Source of the DNA: Balanoglossus misakiensis
Taxonomy: Eukaryota; Animalia; Hemichordata
Direction of reading: 5' to 3'
DNA length: 64,000 nt
Assembly (NCBI GenBank): GCA_040954595.2
Contig: CM082581.2
Coordinates: 9,279,878 to 9,343,877 of the forward strand
Part shown: positions 25,959-50,200 of the stretch, one piece after another
How positions within the stretch are numbered: the stretch's first letter is position 1
Layout of the letters: every line of letters starts with the position of its first letter
The notes under the pieces: model-generated
Seen by the model: the letters and a program-made list of their open reading frames with translations, nothing else
Databases searched by the model: none
What the model was told of the DNA's origin: nothing
Made by a program: the position numbers and the translations under genes

Positions 25959-27830
25959 TGTTAATATCAGAAAAGCATAGGCCCCATGGCATGAAATTCA
26001 AAATCGCTACCATCACTAAAAATGAAAAACGCATAAAAAGAGCCGGGTGGAATCGGCGAGCAAATTTGTCTCGACACCTTGACAACAGAGAAGTGAACCA
26101 GAAGGAAATATGATGAGCAACAGATATACGTGTCTCTTAATACGAATAAAATAATTACATGGAATATATTAAATTTAATAAAATGTATAGAAACGGGAAA
26201 GTATTGACAAATGACGTCGCTGCGGGATTTGAATGATGGACTTGGCCAAGTACGGATGAATTTTCGTCGACTCTGCTGTCAGCCGGGTTAGGGCAGGAAA
26301 TATTGCATATTCTTTCTCCTTGTTCAAACGTATTATGCACAAATTGTACTACTATTCTAAAAAAGTGATTTGTAGGACTTGCATTTTGATTTATGAAAAT
26401 CTGTCTGAGAGAAGTCACTTTCTGTCTCCGAAGATCGGGTGTGACGTAACACCCGCCACCAGTGCGCAGGTTCACGATGCCATCAATCACGCCACTTTCA
26501 AATCGCACGTTTCATTACCATATTAACGTGGCAAACAATCTGGAATTCGTGTGAAGGAGTCCAATATCCATTACGCCTTGTAGTAATGATGATACTTTAT
26601 TGTGCGAATTTACAGATTGGCTATTTGCTCATCGATTCGACGCTTTGGCACCGTGACGGTCTAATCAATTTCTAATGAAGATGTAAACTTGGTTCCTATC
26701 GACCATTGCTACTTTCGGTTTAGTTTCATGTAATCTTCTTCAAATTCTAAGCAAAGGGCAACACATTTTTGTAGCGTCATGTCATGACATATTTGCAACC
26801 ACGTCATTTTCAGCAAACGATATGTCCACAGTAATACAGTAGTAAAATTCGGAAAAGACAAAAATATCTCTTTTGAAAATATACTTTCATGGCCTGGTAA
26901 TTATTCATATTCTGGTTTTCGGGTTGATTTTTTTTAAATACTGAACGATTTTTGTAATATAAACGATGAATGACTTGTTTTCTTTCGTTCAGTTCATTTT
27001 AACATTCTGTCGCCTTGAAACAGGGATACAGTGACCATAGAGCTCCAATGGTTATAAGATGAGCAACCACTTCTCAGCATGGTTTGACCTTCACATTGAA
27101 CCAGAAATCGAGTCTTGCCGCATGTTTACTTCGTAAAATATTTGGAGCAATGCACTTAATACAAGTTAATTAGTAGTTTCGGAATCGCTCTTCGCTCCAC
27201 AGTAAAAAATATCTTTGTCTGACAGTACTATGACGCATCATCCCAAAGTAGAAATTATCAATTCGACGAACCACTCCCTCTTTCGAAGCTTAATATAGCG
27301 CTTCTCGGGTGAACATGGTATGATCGACCAATCATATTTTCACGCACGCACTTTCTTCGAAGTCGTACCTGTTTACAATCGAAAGTTTGCATCATACTTA
27401 AAAGTTGACGCCAGGGTGATTTCCCAAACAGTTTCATAGCCATTGTTATTTAAATATATTGTGGCATGGTTAGAACAAACTATCGTAAACAGGGGATGGG
27501 CGGTCTAATATTACTTGTAGTGCTTCTTAAATAAAAGTCGCCCACGATTCTGATTATTATTTTACTACAAACAGATGCCTTCAGAGTCCTTCTTTATGAA
27601 GACTAGGCAGTATTAACTAGTTAAACAACACGAACATGCCACTGTTTGACCCTCACCCCCAAACGAAATAGAATGCGCCTGAATATATAATATCCCTGAC
27701 AAGCAGCTGGGGAAGTCGGATCATATTGCAACAACAGCGTACGAAACATACATGCTCGCTGCAGTCTAATCCTAGCAATAGCAGATGACACAACGTTGGC
27801 GGGACGAAGGTCTTCAAATATTTAGCGAGA

Positions 27831-34594
<6,764 letters not shown>

Positions 34595-37500
34595 GGGTCA
34601 ACGAGATGGGAAGCGACTTGAAAAAAGTGCTTTTTTTATCTTCAAGTATCGTGGGAGCTGCTGCAATATTTACAGTGGATGCGGCTGCCTCCTCGTGATG
34701 AACCCGGCGCTCGAGTGCCGAGGAGAGAGAGTTGTCATGGAAACACGAAAGGAAGAGAGAAGTGGTCAGTGGCTGTCTGCTTGGATGATTCCGGGCATTA
34801 GATCCCTGTCTGGGGAATGCTTATGAAATTCGATATTTAAGTATGGTTGTGTATGATATGTAAAAAAAAACACTGAAATATTTACTTTAGCCTTTTCTTC
34901 ATCTTTTCCCTGCAAAGAATACATGCAATGTCACTGGCAGTTCTCTTTTGCGATAGATAACATTTCTAAAATATTAAAAGGATTTGCATCAGAGATGCAT
35001 CTTTCACAGCTTGTACTTAGTTTGACATTGGCTGATGATGCTATTGGCTCATTCAAACTGCCGTCAGTTTTTGTTTCAATCATTGAAGAACCAAAATAAG
35101 TTCTAAACTTTTACCAATATTTGTTAATTCTGAGTTTCACAAGAAGTATGAGAATGGATTGATCAGCCTTGAAGATTCCAATTTCCAAACTCATTTTGTG
35201 TTTAATTAACATTGTGATATATGTCAGTAGTATTTTTTGACCAATAAAAAATTACAAGCTGATGAAATGAAAATGGCTGAACTTGTGCATTCCGTACGAT
35301 CTGCAGCCAAGGTCAGAAAAGAGTGATGCACTTTGAACTGAGGCTTATGTTGGATTCATTTGGAGGCAGAATTAGAATTAATAAATGAAAATTTATATTT
35401 GTTTTTTTTTATCAGACATTTTGGTCTGAAAGGTGCAATTTTCTGTAAGTTATAATTTGGTTAAACATCAGAAAATTTGTCATTTGGTAACTTTGGTTGG
35501 CGTGTCTAAAGTCATTGATTTAACCAATCATGTTAAAGTGTTCCATTATATGTTATATTTTCGATAACATATTCCACAATGTTTCAATTTTTTCTCCGCA
35601 AAATGTTGATCACAAATGCATGCCAGTCATTTAGGGCATTGCCTCTACCAAAGACGGGAGGGTCCCATTGAAATATGTCATATTGTTCATATTGTAACAA
35701 GATACTCTTGAATTCCATCCAAGCAGAAATGTTAAACTTGCTATGATAGTACTAGACAGAAGCAGGGAGACGTTTTCTTGCCCGGATTGTCAGTAGCCTA
35801 ATTTTGATGATTTTGATGGTTGTATACATAACATGCCTGTAGGTTTTTCCTTGATTCATGGACATTGAATGGTTCAGAATTGTCTTTCACAAACTGATGA
35901 GATTGGACCAAACTCTGACTGATAAATTCAACACAAACAATCTTTATATTTGTGATGAAAGTGTCAAACCAAGTATAATAGCTTCATCTTGTCTTCCTGC
36001 AACCAATTTTGCCACAGTGGAATAATTCACTACAAACAAGAACTTGCTTTCAGTGAGGAGATTGTATACAAGGAGTGGGGGATGTAGTTTGGTGGGTTTT
36101 GTCAGCGAACTGAAGGGAGGCATTTTACTCTGATTGGCTTTTGCTTAGACGCTGTGTCATCCTCATATCTTATTTGCATATAAAGCAGAGTTACACCTGT
36201 GACAAATACTCATGGATGGTAATTTTGTGTGTGTGTGTCCAAGACATATCAAATTGTTTAATCATATATTTACACATTGAAAGGATCATGTTCTTTGCTG
36301 TTGATTTAACACAGCTAGATCTAAAAACAAGTACATGTAAATGTTTAAAAAGCCTGTTTTGTTTCGTTTGAGAAAGAACGTTGGAATACCCCTAAAAAGT
36401 TTTTTTTTTTTTTTGTATGTTTTGTATTGTACCATGAAATGGTATAGAATATTTGAATTTTTAACAGAAACTTTTCCCGCAGGAATGGAGGTTATAAGGC
36501 TAACTTTGTATACTTTAATTTTGTTATAATGCAGAATTCTTACAATCATGATTTTGAAATCACTTCATAGAAACTATTGCTGGAGATCTGTGAAATGCTC
36601 TACCAGGAATTTGTTACTGTCACAAACAAGGGCCGTACATGTGTTTTGAGATCTCCTAATTCTGTGAAAGAGTGGTGAGATTTCTCTCACGCTGTGTCTC
36701 TGTCTGCTGGACCGTAAAGAGGTTAAAACAGTCTGCCGGAAGTGATGTATTTCCGAGTTGTTTTTTTATCGAAAATATTCTAGGTCAAGTTCATGATTTC
36801 ACTACAACTTTATACAAGAATTTATATATCATCTGTACTCGAAGTGGCAACCCAAGTTCTAAAAAGAAGTTGAGAAATTGAGTATGCATCACTGTTTACA
36901 ATAAGAGTTTAAAGTTGTAGAATTAAGTTAAAGACATATTATATAAATAGCCTTGTAAATAGACGATACGTTGAACACTGAGTTAACGCACAGTATAGTT
37001 TCATTCCCATTGATAGCCTTGAACTCAGAGTCATGCACTTGACTGTTCATAAGCGATTGACTTTAGAAGGAAATGTTTGGAGCGCACAATCAAACGACTG
37101 AACCATGTTGAACACACTGGATATTTGATGTGTTGCCAAGTATTATTTGAAGTTGAATGTTGCAAGCCTAAAGAATTCAAATTATCCAGTCATTCGCCGT
37201 ACCACAAAAGCATTATGGGTAGTTGCAATAGTATGGACCAGTATCTTTGTTTATGTTTTTGAATGTGTATGATATGGCGAAAGTTGGAAGTTTGTGTGAT
37301 AAGGGGTTTGGCAAAAGTGATTCTGTTACTTGGAGAATCGACACAAAAAATGACATGTCCTCTTTCATTGCAATGTTTTTTGTTTCGTCAGTTGAGTAGT
37401 AAACTAATTACGCATGTATAATTTCTGCTTGTTTTTGTGTGGAAGTCTATCGCTGTGTTGTATTTAAACTTTAACATTTATTGAATTATGTTGAGGAATA

Positions 37501-38078
37501 TCGGCAATGGCAAGGATATGTACACTTTCAGAAGTGGTACTTGGCCTACCATGGAAGTGTCTGACTGCTATGAAGAAGTTAGACTTTTGATACAAAACTG
37601 TATGATGTATATATTCAACATTGCATTTGAGAGAGAAAAGTTTTTTGTGTGTGTTATTTTGCATTTTGAGAGATTATTGAGCTCTGAAGCATGTTTTGCA
37701 GCGTAGAAAAAAAACAAAACAAATTTCTGGTTCAGTTGTCTGTTTTATTGTCCGTCGAAGACTGTTATTTTGTACTTTTATAACTTAAAGTAATATGCGC
37801 TACTTTTTTTCAAAATATTTTTTATGTCCATCTTTTTTTTCAAACTTTGTGTTGCATGTCTGAACAAAAATGTTCACATAGAGCTGACTGAGATGAGTCA
37901 GCCAATCAGATAATCAGTTCAGTTTGTAAATATCTTATCATGGTAATATTTACAGAAAGTCTCAGAGCTTTCAGAAAAAAAATGAGGGCTTTTTACGCAT
38001 CATAACATCTTCATTATCTAGCACTTTAGTAAGTTATTGTAATTGTTACAAAATATTGCAAAATATAAAAAAAATAAA
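34595..38078 (+). other. Probable long 3' UTR of the WBP1L-like gene
   Basis: T-rich sequence with no credible ORF after the stop codon. AATAAA at ~35243 and 38073-38078, the latter followed by a GT-rich downstream element. The true end is not determined. Confidence 0.45.
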
Positions 38079-39485
38079 AATGTGGAACCTTGATAATTAT
38101 GTTGTGTCGTTTGTTTCTTGAGCTGGGTCTGCAAAAATCAATGGCATGCTCACAACAACTATGATTGGATACAGATACTTTTTCATGCTTACTTTAAGGT
38201 CAAGGGTTAAAATTAAGGTCAAAGGTTACAATACAGCCATGAATTCCAAATGATCGACTGACAAATGGTCAATTTCATGTCCAAATGGTGTCACCGTATA
38301 ATGGGAGGGGATAGAGGTACTACTAGCTGCCACATGGAGTTTTACATCAATTCAGAATGATGGAATGACACATGCCTTGGTCTGTAAACTTGCTTCAATT
38401 CCAACAACATGCTTGCGAGACAGTTATGGGAAATTAATTCAAGAATGGATGAGAGTCTGAATTGGAGTCGTGAGAACAATGTGCATGCATGTGACATGCA
38501 TTTGATGTGTTGCAAAAGACGTTAAATTATGGGATTGAATTCAGAAGGTTTCCGTGGTTCAGGGTTGGCTCCAGGATTTTTTTCTGGTTTATAAGCCCAA
38601 TTTTGCCTGGTGTTACACACCATCTTTTACTTTGTTTATGAATAAAATCGTAACTGGGAGTAAGCGTGGGGTTTACATGTTTCTCCAGTGACATGATTAC
38701 ATATAATTAACATGATTTCTGAACCTGTTGACTGTTGCACTATGGGGGAACTGATATGTTGGCAGATAAGTAGGGCTTGTCAAAAATTTGACATTTGACA
38801 GATTTTGCAGACAAGCCCTTGACCTCCACCAAAGCCCTGCAGTCTAGTCTTCAACTTACAGCATTTTGACTAGCTGCCCCAAATAGGTTTTACATTAGTC
38901 AGAGAATGTGTACACCACAGCACCACACCACGGAGAGAGAAAAAAATTCCCCTTTGAAAGAGCCAATGTGTTCTTTGGGGAAAATGCCTTTCACAGAAAA
39001 GAAAGGAAGATTGAAGTCAACTACATCAACTACATATAATGGAGAGAGGTTTCAATGCCAAAGAAGAATTATATGGATATTTTTGGCACACTTTAATTAT
39101 TCAGATATGCAATCAATTTAGTTGTTTATAATTTATAAAACATTTTTGTAATATTACTTATATAATGTAACATGATATAGTGAATGTATTGTTCACTAGA
39201 ATATGCATGACCATGAAAAATTACTGTCACATAAATATTTTCTTGATGATTTATCACCTGACGTAGGTGTTTTCCATTGATGAAAGTGCAGTTTTATCGT
39301 TGACAGACTTTAAAGTAAATACCCTGATAAAAGGTAATAGAATACAGTGTGTTTTAGAAAAAAAAAGAAAACATGCAATAGAACGAAAAACAATTAAAAC
39401 ACAATGACACTTTAATAAATCTACAAAATTAAATACATTTGTACAAACAAACATGATCATAAAAACAGTAGTGAATCTTGTTAAA

Positions 39486-39659
39486 CCCATAGGCGGCGCT
39501 CTTCAGTATGACACTCACGCATGCGTAATTCTCGTGAAGCTGTACTGCTAAACTTTGCTCCTATTGGTCTGTATCTTAATTTTAATATAGAAGCTAACGG
39601 GATTGGCCAATGACATTCTCTGTTCTTTACATCAAACGCAAAACAACAAAGCAGCCAAA
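39486..39659 (+). promoter_or_regulatory. PSMD4 proximal promoter
   Basis: Immediately upstream of the ATG: NRF1-like palindrome ACGCATGCGT (39517-39526), a reverse CCAAT box near 39563, a double-CCAAT palindrome ATTGGCCAAT (39602-39611) and a CTCF-like CCCATAGGCGGCGCTC (39486-39501). This is a TATA-less housekeeping layout. Confidence 0.55.
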
Positions 39660-42966
<3,307 letters not shown>

Positions 42967-43545
42967 CACAAATTTCATTAACTTCTCTTTTCACTTTGAT
43001 ATAAATCAAATTAGTCAAATATGTAATTTGAAGTAGGTAGTTACCAGTTTTTCAAGGCAGTTGCAGGCAAGTTACGGTATTTATATCAGTAGCTGTCAGT
43101 GTTATCACATTGTCACACCCATCTTCGTCAAGCTGTGCTGTTTTGTGTGACCTGCATACATACAAGCATTTACGGGTTGGGATAACCTGTGAAGAAAGGG
43201 GTCATTATGCAAATACCTTACATGATCAGTCTTGGCCAATCAGAAATTGAAGTTCCGGGCAGTGCATATTATGAATTCACATTTATTGTATTTTCCACAA
43301 ACTTGTTAGACGTTTTCCTTAAAGCTGAACGCATGTATTTAATTTTCAATAAGTGGAGCATTCAGAAAAAGTGGATCGTCATGTGAACTGTTTTTGTACT
43401 TTGAGGCACAGCACTGCCACTGGTGTAACATACTGATTTTTCACCAAGAAACAACAGCAGAATACATCTGTTAGATATGCTTCGTCAAAGATGGAATTTC
43501 ACTGTATGGTCTGTTCACTTGGTTTTGTCAGTTATGCATTATGGT

Positions 43546-43551
43546 AATAAA
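43546..43551 (+). terminator. Candidate polyadenylation signal of PSMD4
   Basis: AATAAA ~580 nt after the stop codon, with ATTAAA ~25 nt further on. Confidence 0.4.
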
Positions 43552-44928
43552 TTGACTCAACATGAAAATGTATTAAATTATGGTCTTTACTTCATAGTGC
43601 TTCTACGTTTAAAACTAACATTTCTGCCGTTGGTGGCGCTATTCGCAACTCTCATTAGGCTGGGCACAATCAGCTCTGGTTTCGTTGGCCATCGTCATCG
43701 CTTCTTGGACTGATGAGGGACATCAATTTACTCCACACGTTCAGATTCAGACAACAACCAAACTATTCAAATCTTGTACAAAAGATAGCCATATTCCACC
43801 AGCTAATGTTATGACAAATGTACTTTTATGACCGAAGATTGGTTAATTGGTTCATAAAAATGTCAGAACTACAAAAAGTGATGTAGTGATATGAACAAGT
43901 CGGTCATTACATTTATGATTGTCAGAAAATATTGCCGCCGTCTGGAGATAGCCACAGGTCAGGTGACCCCAGTAACTACAGATACAGACAAAAACTAATA
44001 AAATGTTATGCTGTGCTTATCCCCATGTATGTTAGGTGTGTTTGCCCGAACTATGTGCAATAAGTTTCAGTGACCGCTCTTCAGTAATGTCACATACCAC
44101 ATTAATTCTAAGACTACAACATCGGAGTTTATAGTTCCAGAACAATTTTACTGTGGCCTGTTTTTGGGATTTGTGTAGATAATACATAAATAGTGCCTAT
44201 GATTGACAAAACCTTTTACCGGGATTGGAAGAATCAGATCACTGGAGTGTGCATAATGGTTTTCCTTTATCTCTGATGTAGTATTTTTTATGTGGCTCCA
44301 GTCGCCTGACCTACTTCGAGAGAGCAAGCAAGGGGTGACCTTGTGAATTTCCCATGGTGGAGATTCAGTGGATGCATATCTGCATATTTATTGTCCAACA
44401 TTTTTAATAACTGTACATTTGACACGTCTCATTATCCTGTTTCTATAATTACTCCAGTAGACATCTTAATACGATGTGAAGAAACATTTCTTAAGGAGGT
44501 TACCCTTTATTAATGTGGGATTTTGAACAGTTCTGGAAAAGGTCCAGTTAAAATTCTAACCCCCTTCTGATCTTATGGTGACCTGTCCCTGAATTTGGTG
44601 TTCTGGTCAAGGACAAGGAAAAAAAGACCATATGGAACTGTTTACATTCCACGGACTAAAATACAGATGCAAAGTAATGGATGTGGGCTGGGATAGGGTG
44701 TAGTATTGATGTTTGTGGTATAAATACATAAAAACCATCAAGAAATGCCCAGGCTCCGCCCAACAAATGTCTGTCCCTACACAAACGTTTCCTCTCAAGG
44801 AAAAAGCAATTAAAAGAGATATTTAGCCACAAAGAAGATCACTTTCAGCTTTGTTGCAAGGTTATATTTTTCGTTTTGGCATTTTGATTTGGAAAAAAAC
44901 GTGTCTCAGTGCACATAACATACCCGAT

Positions 44929-45001
44929 ACACTCACACATGCACGCGCATGCACACACACACACACACACACACGCACACACATGCACATGCACACACAC
45001 A
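44929..45001. repeat. Imperfect (CA)n microsatellite
   Basis: Direct reading. Confidence 0.9.
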
Positions 45002-48000
45002 TAGTTCACATCTCTGACTCAGAGACGACGAGGCAGCTATATAGTCTCATCAGGTTCTGCCGGAGTATATACCGTAGGCATGGTTATTTATGATCTTTCC
45101 TGCCACCTCCGACTGCAATAACGCTATAATTTATGTTCTGCTGAGATCCGATGATCAAGTCAGGGCGCATCATTTGCTGGTACATCAAGCTCACAGCATC
45201 TCGGCTTTGTTAAATACACAAACTGTACCTAGCTGTTTGTCTGTCTATTTCCGATGGTTTAACACTGACTGAAGTGGCTCTACTATTTTCATTGACCTTT
45301 ACAAAATAAATTATAATATGCATTGTTTACTCTCCATTCATCATTCTATTTTATTGCAGCTGTATACATGTGGTCATTAGCCACAAATAGCAATTTCCAA
45401 AATTTACATTTAAATTCAAGTGCTTTGTTCTGTTGGCTTAATTAGCATTTCAGCCCCAATAATCTTGTAATTAATTTATCAGTGTGGTTAGGTTTAACAA
45501 TGCATAATTAATTTTACCATCAGATAATATCCAATGCCTATAAAGGGCCTTGTGTGAATAATTTCATTATTTTATGCAGGCGACCTCTGGTATTTTGTCA
45601 GTGTTTTATATAATATTAGCTGCATCACGTGGTCCATCTGGGTGTTGCTGTATATTTTAACCCCCTGCGAGAACAGTGGCGCTATCCTTCAGACTAATTT
45701 CATCTACAGAGCAACTGTCTCTTCCTGTTTCGAGTGGCAGTGAATTATGGGTATATGCTGATTTGCATTTTTCATTTAAAATGAATATTATATTTTTGGA
45801 GATTTGGACTCAATCTTATTTGAATTTATATTGAATTTGCTGAATATGCCACAAACTGTGGTACGTCCATGGTTTGACCTACATACATGGGTATCAATTC
45901 TCGTTTACCAGGTATATTAAGAAGAAAATTCAGTGCCCGAAGCACTCACCCACCAGTGAAATCAGAAATGTGAAATTCAAACGAGTAAAGTGCAGGTTAC
46001 CATGGCAACGCTGAACTCCTACTGCATATTGGACAATTCAAGGGCCCTCACCTCCAAGTTGAAAACGCTAGCAATGTAGGCAATTAACGTCGACCTTGAA
46101 AGGTGTGCGCTACAGGGCAGCTCAATTAAGGAGCATCTCATGAAGAAGAAAATTTGACAAATGACTCCATAAGCCTTTAGCTTGATATACTAAACGGGGA
46201 GTAAAATATCAACCTGTCTAGACCCATGATGTGAAGTTGACGGTATCTGCAACGAATAATACACTTACGTAGTTGTCTGGATTTCAGACTTACCCAGGGG
46301 CTCTTTGCGATGAACCATTTTTGATAGAAGAAGAAGCATATATGATATTTGGAATACAGTAGTTTAGTTACTTCATCTGTTCATGTACTTTTTAGATTTT
46401 TCAGTTATGTAAATAATTATATAAAATTACACTTTTTCTTTATTTTTCGCCCAGAAATCACTGCAAAAATGGCTAAAAAGGAAACAGATTTATTTTATGC
46501 TTAAGTTCCACAAATCAAGTTATTACAGAAGCTAATAAACAGAGTTCAATTTTCAGAGCTGAAATTGGATTACGAGGGTGTCATCAACCCCTTTACTAGG
46601 TGACAACGCAAATGATGTCTGAAACTGCGATTTGGCAGACTGCCAATTATCCGCACATCGTCTGATAGCCAAAATCTGAGTAATTGAATCTTACACCAAT
46701 ATTTATGCAAATGAATCAGCAACCATCTGCACAATGGGCGTATAATACAGCCTTTCGCATATTTGTCCTCAAATATATACAAAATGTAGGTTGTTTTCAC
46801 AAAACAGGTCAATGTACGTAGCTATTGCAATATGTCTGCATAGTCATTGCAACCAAAATAGCTTTTTCTTTATCATTACTGTTTTGTCATTCAGAAAAGG
46901 GTGATTTATATAGTATTCAAAATTATTGATTTCGATTTTATTTAATAGAAAACATTAAGATACAAACTTTGATATTTTTAAGCCTGATATTTTTAAAATC
47001 TGGTAGGTATCTATATTACAGGATAAGCAAAATATAACATGAATGATATTCTGCCGGAACTGTCAGTGATGTTCGAGAACAAACTATATTCCAATGGCCA
47101 TAAAGAAATTGCCTTAGAAACATCAAATGCTTGCATACTGGAACAAAAGACAAATAAACTGCAATGTGGGGATACACATGTGAACGTAGCAACCACTGTT
47201 GGACAAAGCTTTCGATTACTTGGCAAATCTGCTCCGTTGCCAGGCAACGCGATCACAGCATCCTGTGTGACTAAGAGAGAGACACTTCACAGGTTCTGTA
47301 TCCGCTGAAATGGAACTTTAACATATACATTTGACGTAAATTGATGACTGTATTTTAAGGCATATTTTTTTACACAGTCTGATCTGGCTTCCTCTTGAAA
47401 AATGGAGCTTGAAATTTACGTTTTTTTTAAACATCTGTCCGTGTCACTGAATACCTGAGCAGTGCAATGCGCTTGAGTTTCTCCCCTTCCCCTCCCAACC
47501 CTCATCATTCATTATTTCTGACCCGAAATTTAGACAAAAAATGGCTTCAAATCATGTGCTTGCCATGGCAGCAGACATTTGGGAAGAGTTTGCAGGCATG
47601 CCAGTAAGATATTACATGCAAATCTTAGTGCAATTTAAATTAAAATGGCTGTTAGGAATAAAAACGATGGTCTGCAAATTACACTCACCTGTCGCTATCT
47701 ATTTGCAATGAAACACTGTATACTGTATGCGTATTTATAGTCATCGGAGCAAGCCTGTATAATACAGTCCTATTGTGTTGCAATCTTCATGGGTATATAA
47801 AGCATTTGATCACCAGGATATGTCGGATTAAAATTCCTACTTCACATTCAACGATTGGATGGATAAAATCTTTTTTTCGCCATGCTTCCTGAAGATGAAT
47901 TTACATAGTTTTGCACATTATTTGCAGAACTGATTTAATAGTTCAATGTCACTAGGTCAATGACCAAGGTCTCCTTGTGTGCATGGCAGACAATAACCTC

Positions 48001-48749
48001 CAAATTGAGGTCGATGTACTTGAAAAGAAAAAGAAAATACAACAGAATGAGGCTGTTACAAAATAGTGAATTTTACAAAAACAATATTTTCTTATTGGTA
48101 AACCTTTCCTGTAAGAATGAGCAATAAAACCAAACACGCAGTGGCCACAACCGTTTTATTGTATAGTACGTTGCAAGCCACCAAAGAATGTAAAATTGTG
48201 GTTCTGATAACAAACATTTCAAAGAAGGGTGGTTTCGCCCTGTGTGAAAAAAAGTTTATTTCGTCCAGTTAAAGATCCCTATAAACGTGACAACTCCGGT
48301 CTGATGAAGTCATTCTATGGCATTATGGAGAGTGCGCTAAGTGGCTTGATTAATGTTATAAACGGTGGCCAACCAACCACAAACTTCTTCTATAAACATA
48401 CCTAAATCAAACGCAATGAAGCACGTCTAGATCTATGCTATGTCCAGTTATTTTTTTATACAGCTATGATGATGATTATGCGATATGTTGGCTTTTGTAA
48501 CAGTCACTGATTGGGTTGGTTTCGCAGTTTGCTTTTGTATAGGATATTTTATTCATGGAGGTACCAAAGTGATAGCTCCATGATTAATTGTAATACAATT
48601 AGAGTAAACTGATATAATTGTCACTATCACATTTCCCGTCTCATAATGTTCTTGAAGATCTTCCACGTTTCCCGAAAAAAGTTCAAACTTTATTTAGAGG
48701 GGCAATACTGAATCGCACATTCATGAACTTGTAAAATGACGGTGTGATG

Positions 48750-50200
48750 AATAACACACGCGTCCGATCAAACTTACACTCACGCATCGATAGTTTATTT
48801 AAAAATAAATCAAAACCCTGCCTTGGCCTGTCCATCTACGAACGGAGAAACGATGAAAAGTTGATTCCCCAACCCTATCACAGTCCCGGGTTGCCCACGT
48901 CCCGTCTCGCCGCACTAGGCCATGTACATTTCATCGGAAAACTTCAACTTTTTTTTTACCATGTCGGAACTTTCGATGTGCGGATGTCGCCACGCACAAA
49001 TTGCACAGTGTCTTTCTGGTGACATGTTGCACGATGAAATTGTTTTGTTAAACATTCCTGGGCTACAGGTACCCATGTGAAAGACACGCATCGTAGTTCG
49101 CCCGAGGTCACAAGGCATTTTGTTTGGTGTTAGTACACAGGGCATGTTCATTTCGCGGATTCGCGTCCAGCTAGTCACGTGCTCCAATAACAGCCCTCCC
49201 TGACCACCTCTCGTAATTCATTAAAATTACAACTTAGAACTAATTTTAACAATTACTATATTTGAGTTTTTACTGCTGTTATTTCATTTTATACTCAAGT
49301 CTCCAGTATTTACCTGTTGTAAAATGACTATTGCAGTGAATGTTCAGATATCTGAAAAAGTGCGAAGGGAGTAAGATTGCTTGATTCAAAAGCTAATTAC
49401 AAATTCGCGTTTCTCGCTCTCCATCACCGGCTTCTCTGCGAATTAGCTGCTGCTGTATTGGCCCGGAAAAGCGCCAGTTTTGGAGGCTTCCCTTGGATAG
49501 TTACCGACGCTACAGAATTTTCAGTGAGGTAAGATGATGTTTTGTTATTATGACAGGTTTCGTAGATGTTTGGCGCGGTGACAATGATATAATCGATGTT
49601 GCATGGGGACCCGCCTTTATTACAAGCTGCAGAAATTTTGAAGCCCTCACAATGGTACGTGTACATTACCGTATCGCGTTCGTTTGAACTGTGGACGCGT
49701 ATATACGCGCCTCTTTTCTGTGTGCAACGTGTTTTGACAAACCTGTCTTTCCTGACATATTGTCACTGGTTATCTCATTATATCTTCATGTCCGTATATC
49801 CATTCCGGTGTTGAATTCTGCGTGCCTGACCGTAGGTGTCAGAAAACATTTTGTCCGGTGATTTGGGATGCACAGCCGATCGCCATTTTGATGGGCTGCG
49901 TCCCATCCCAATGGCATGTATTGCCAACCAGTTTCGTTTTCATTGCATCAGTCTGAAATCTGGCAGTCCTCTGCGACCCTTCATTTATACCCGAAGTAGC
50001 TACCCTGGAATAAAAACCCGACAGAGACATTGACTGTATTCAGATCACTCGATGTCAGTATCACACAAGTGTAAGCATCCCTACGTTGTACGTGGGCTGC
50101 AACAGACAATCTGCAAATTTAATTTAGAATTGTTGGGCGTGTGCTCTTGCTTGTATCGCAGGCTACATGTACACAAAATCAACTTCAAGCATTTCTCAGT
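48750..50200 (+). promoter_or_regulatory. CpG-rich promoter region with a probable non-coding first exon (~49400-49528) of an unidentified downstream gene
   Basis: Visibly elevated CpG density, a pyrimidine-rich start-like tract (TTTCTCGCTCTCCATC), a strong donor GAG|GTAAGA at 49528/49529, and no ATG in the putative exon. The remaining 14 kb is TG-skewed and lacks recognisable coding exons. Confidence 0.5.
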
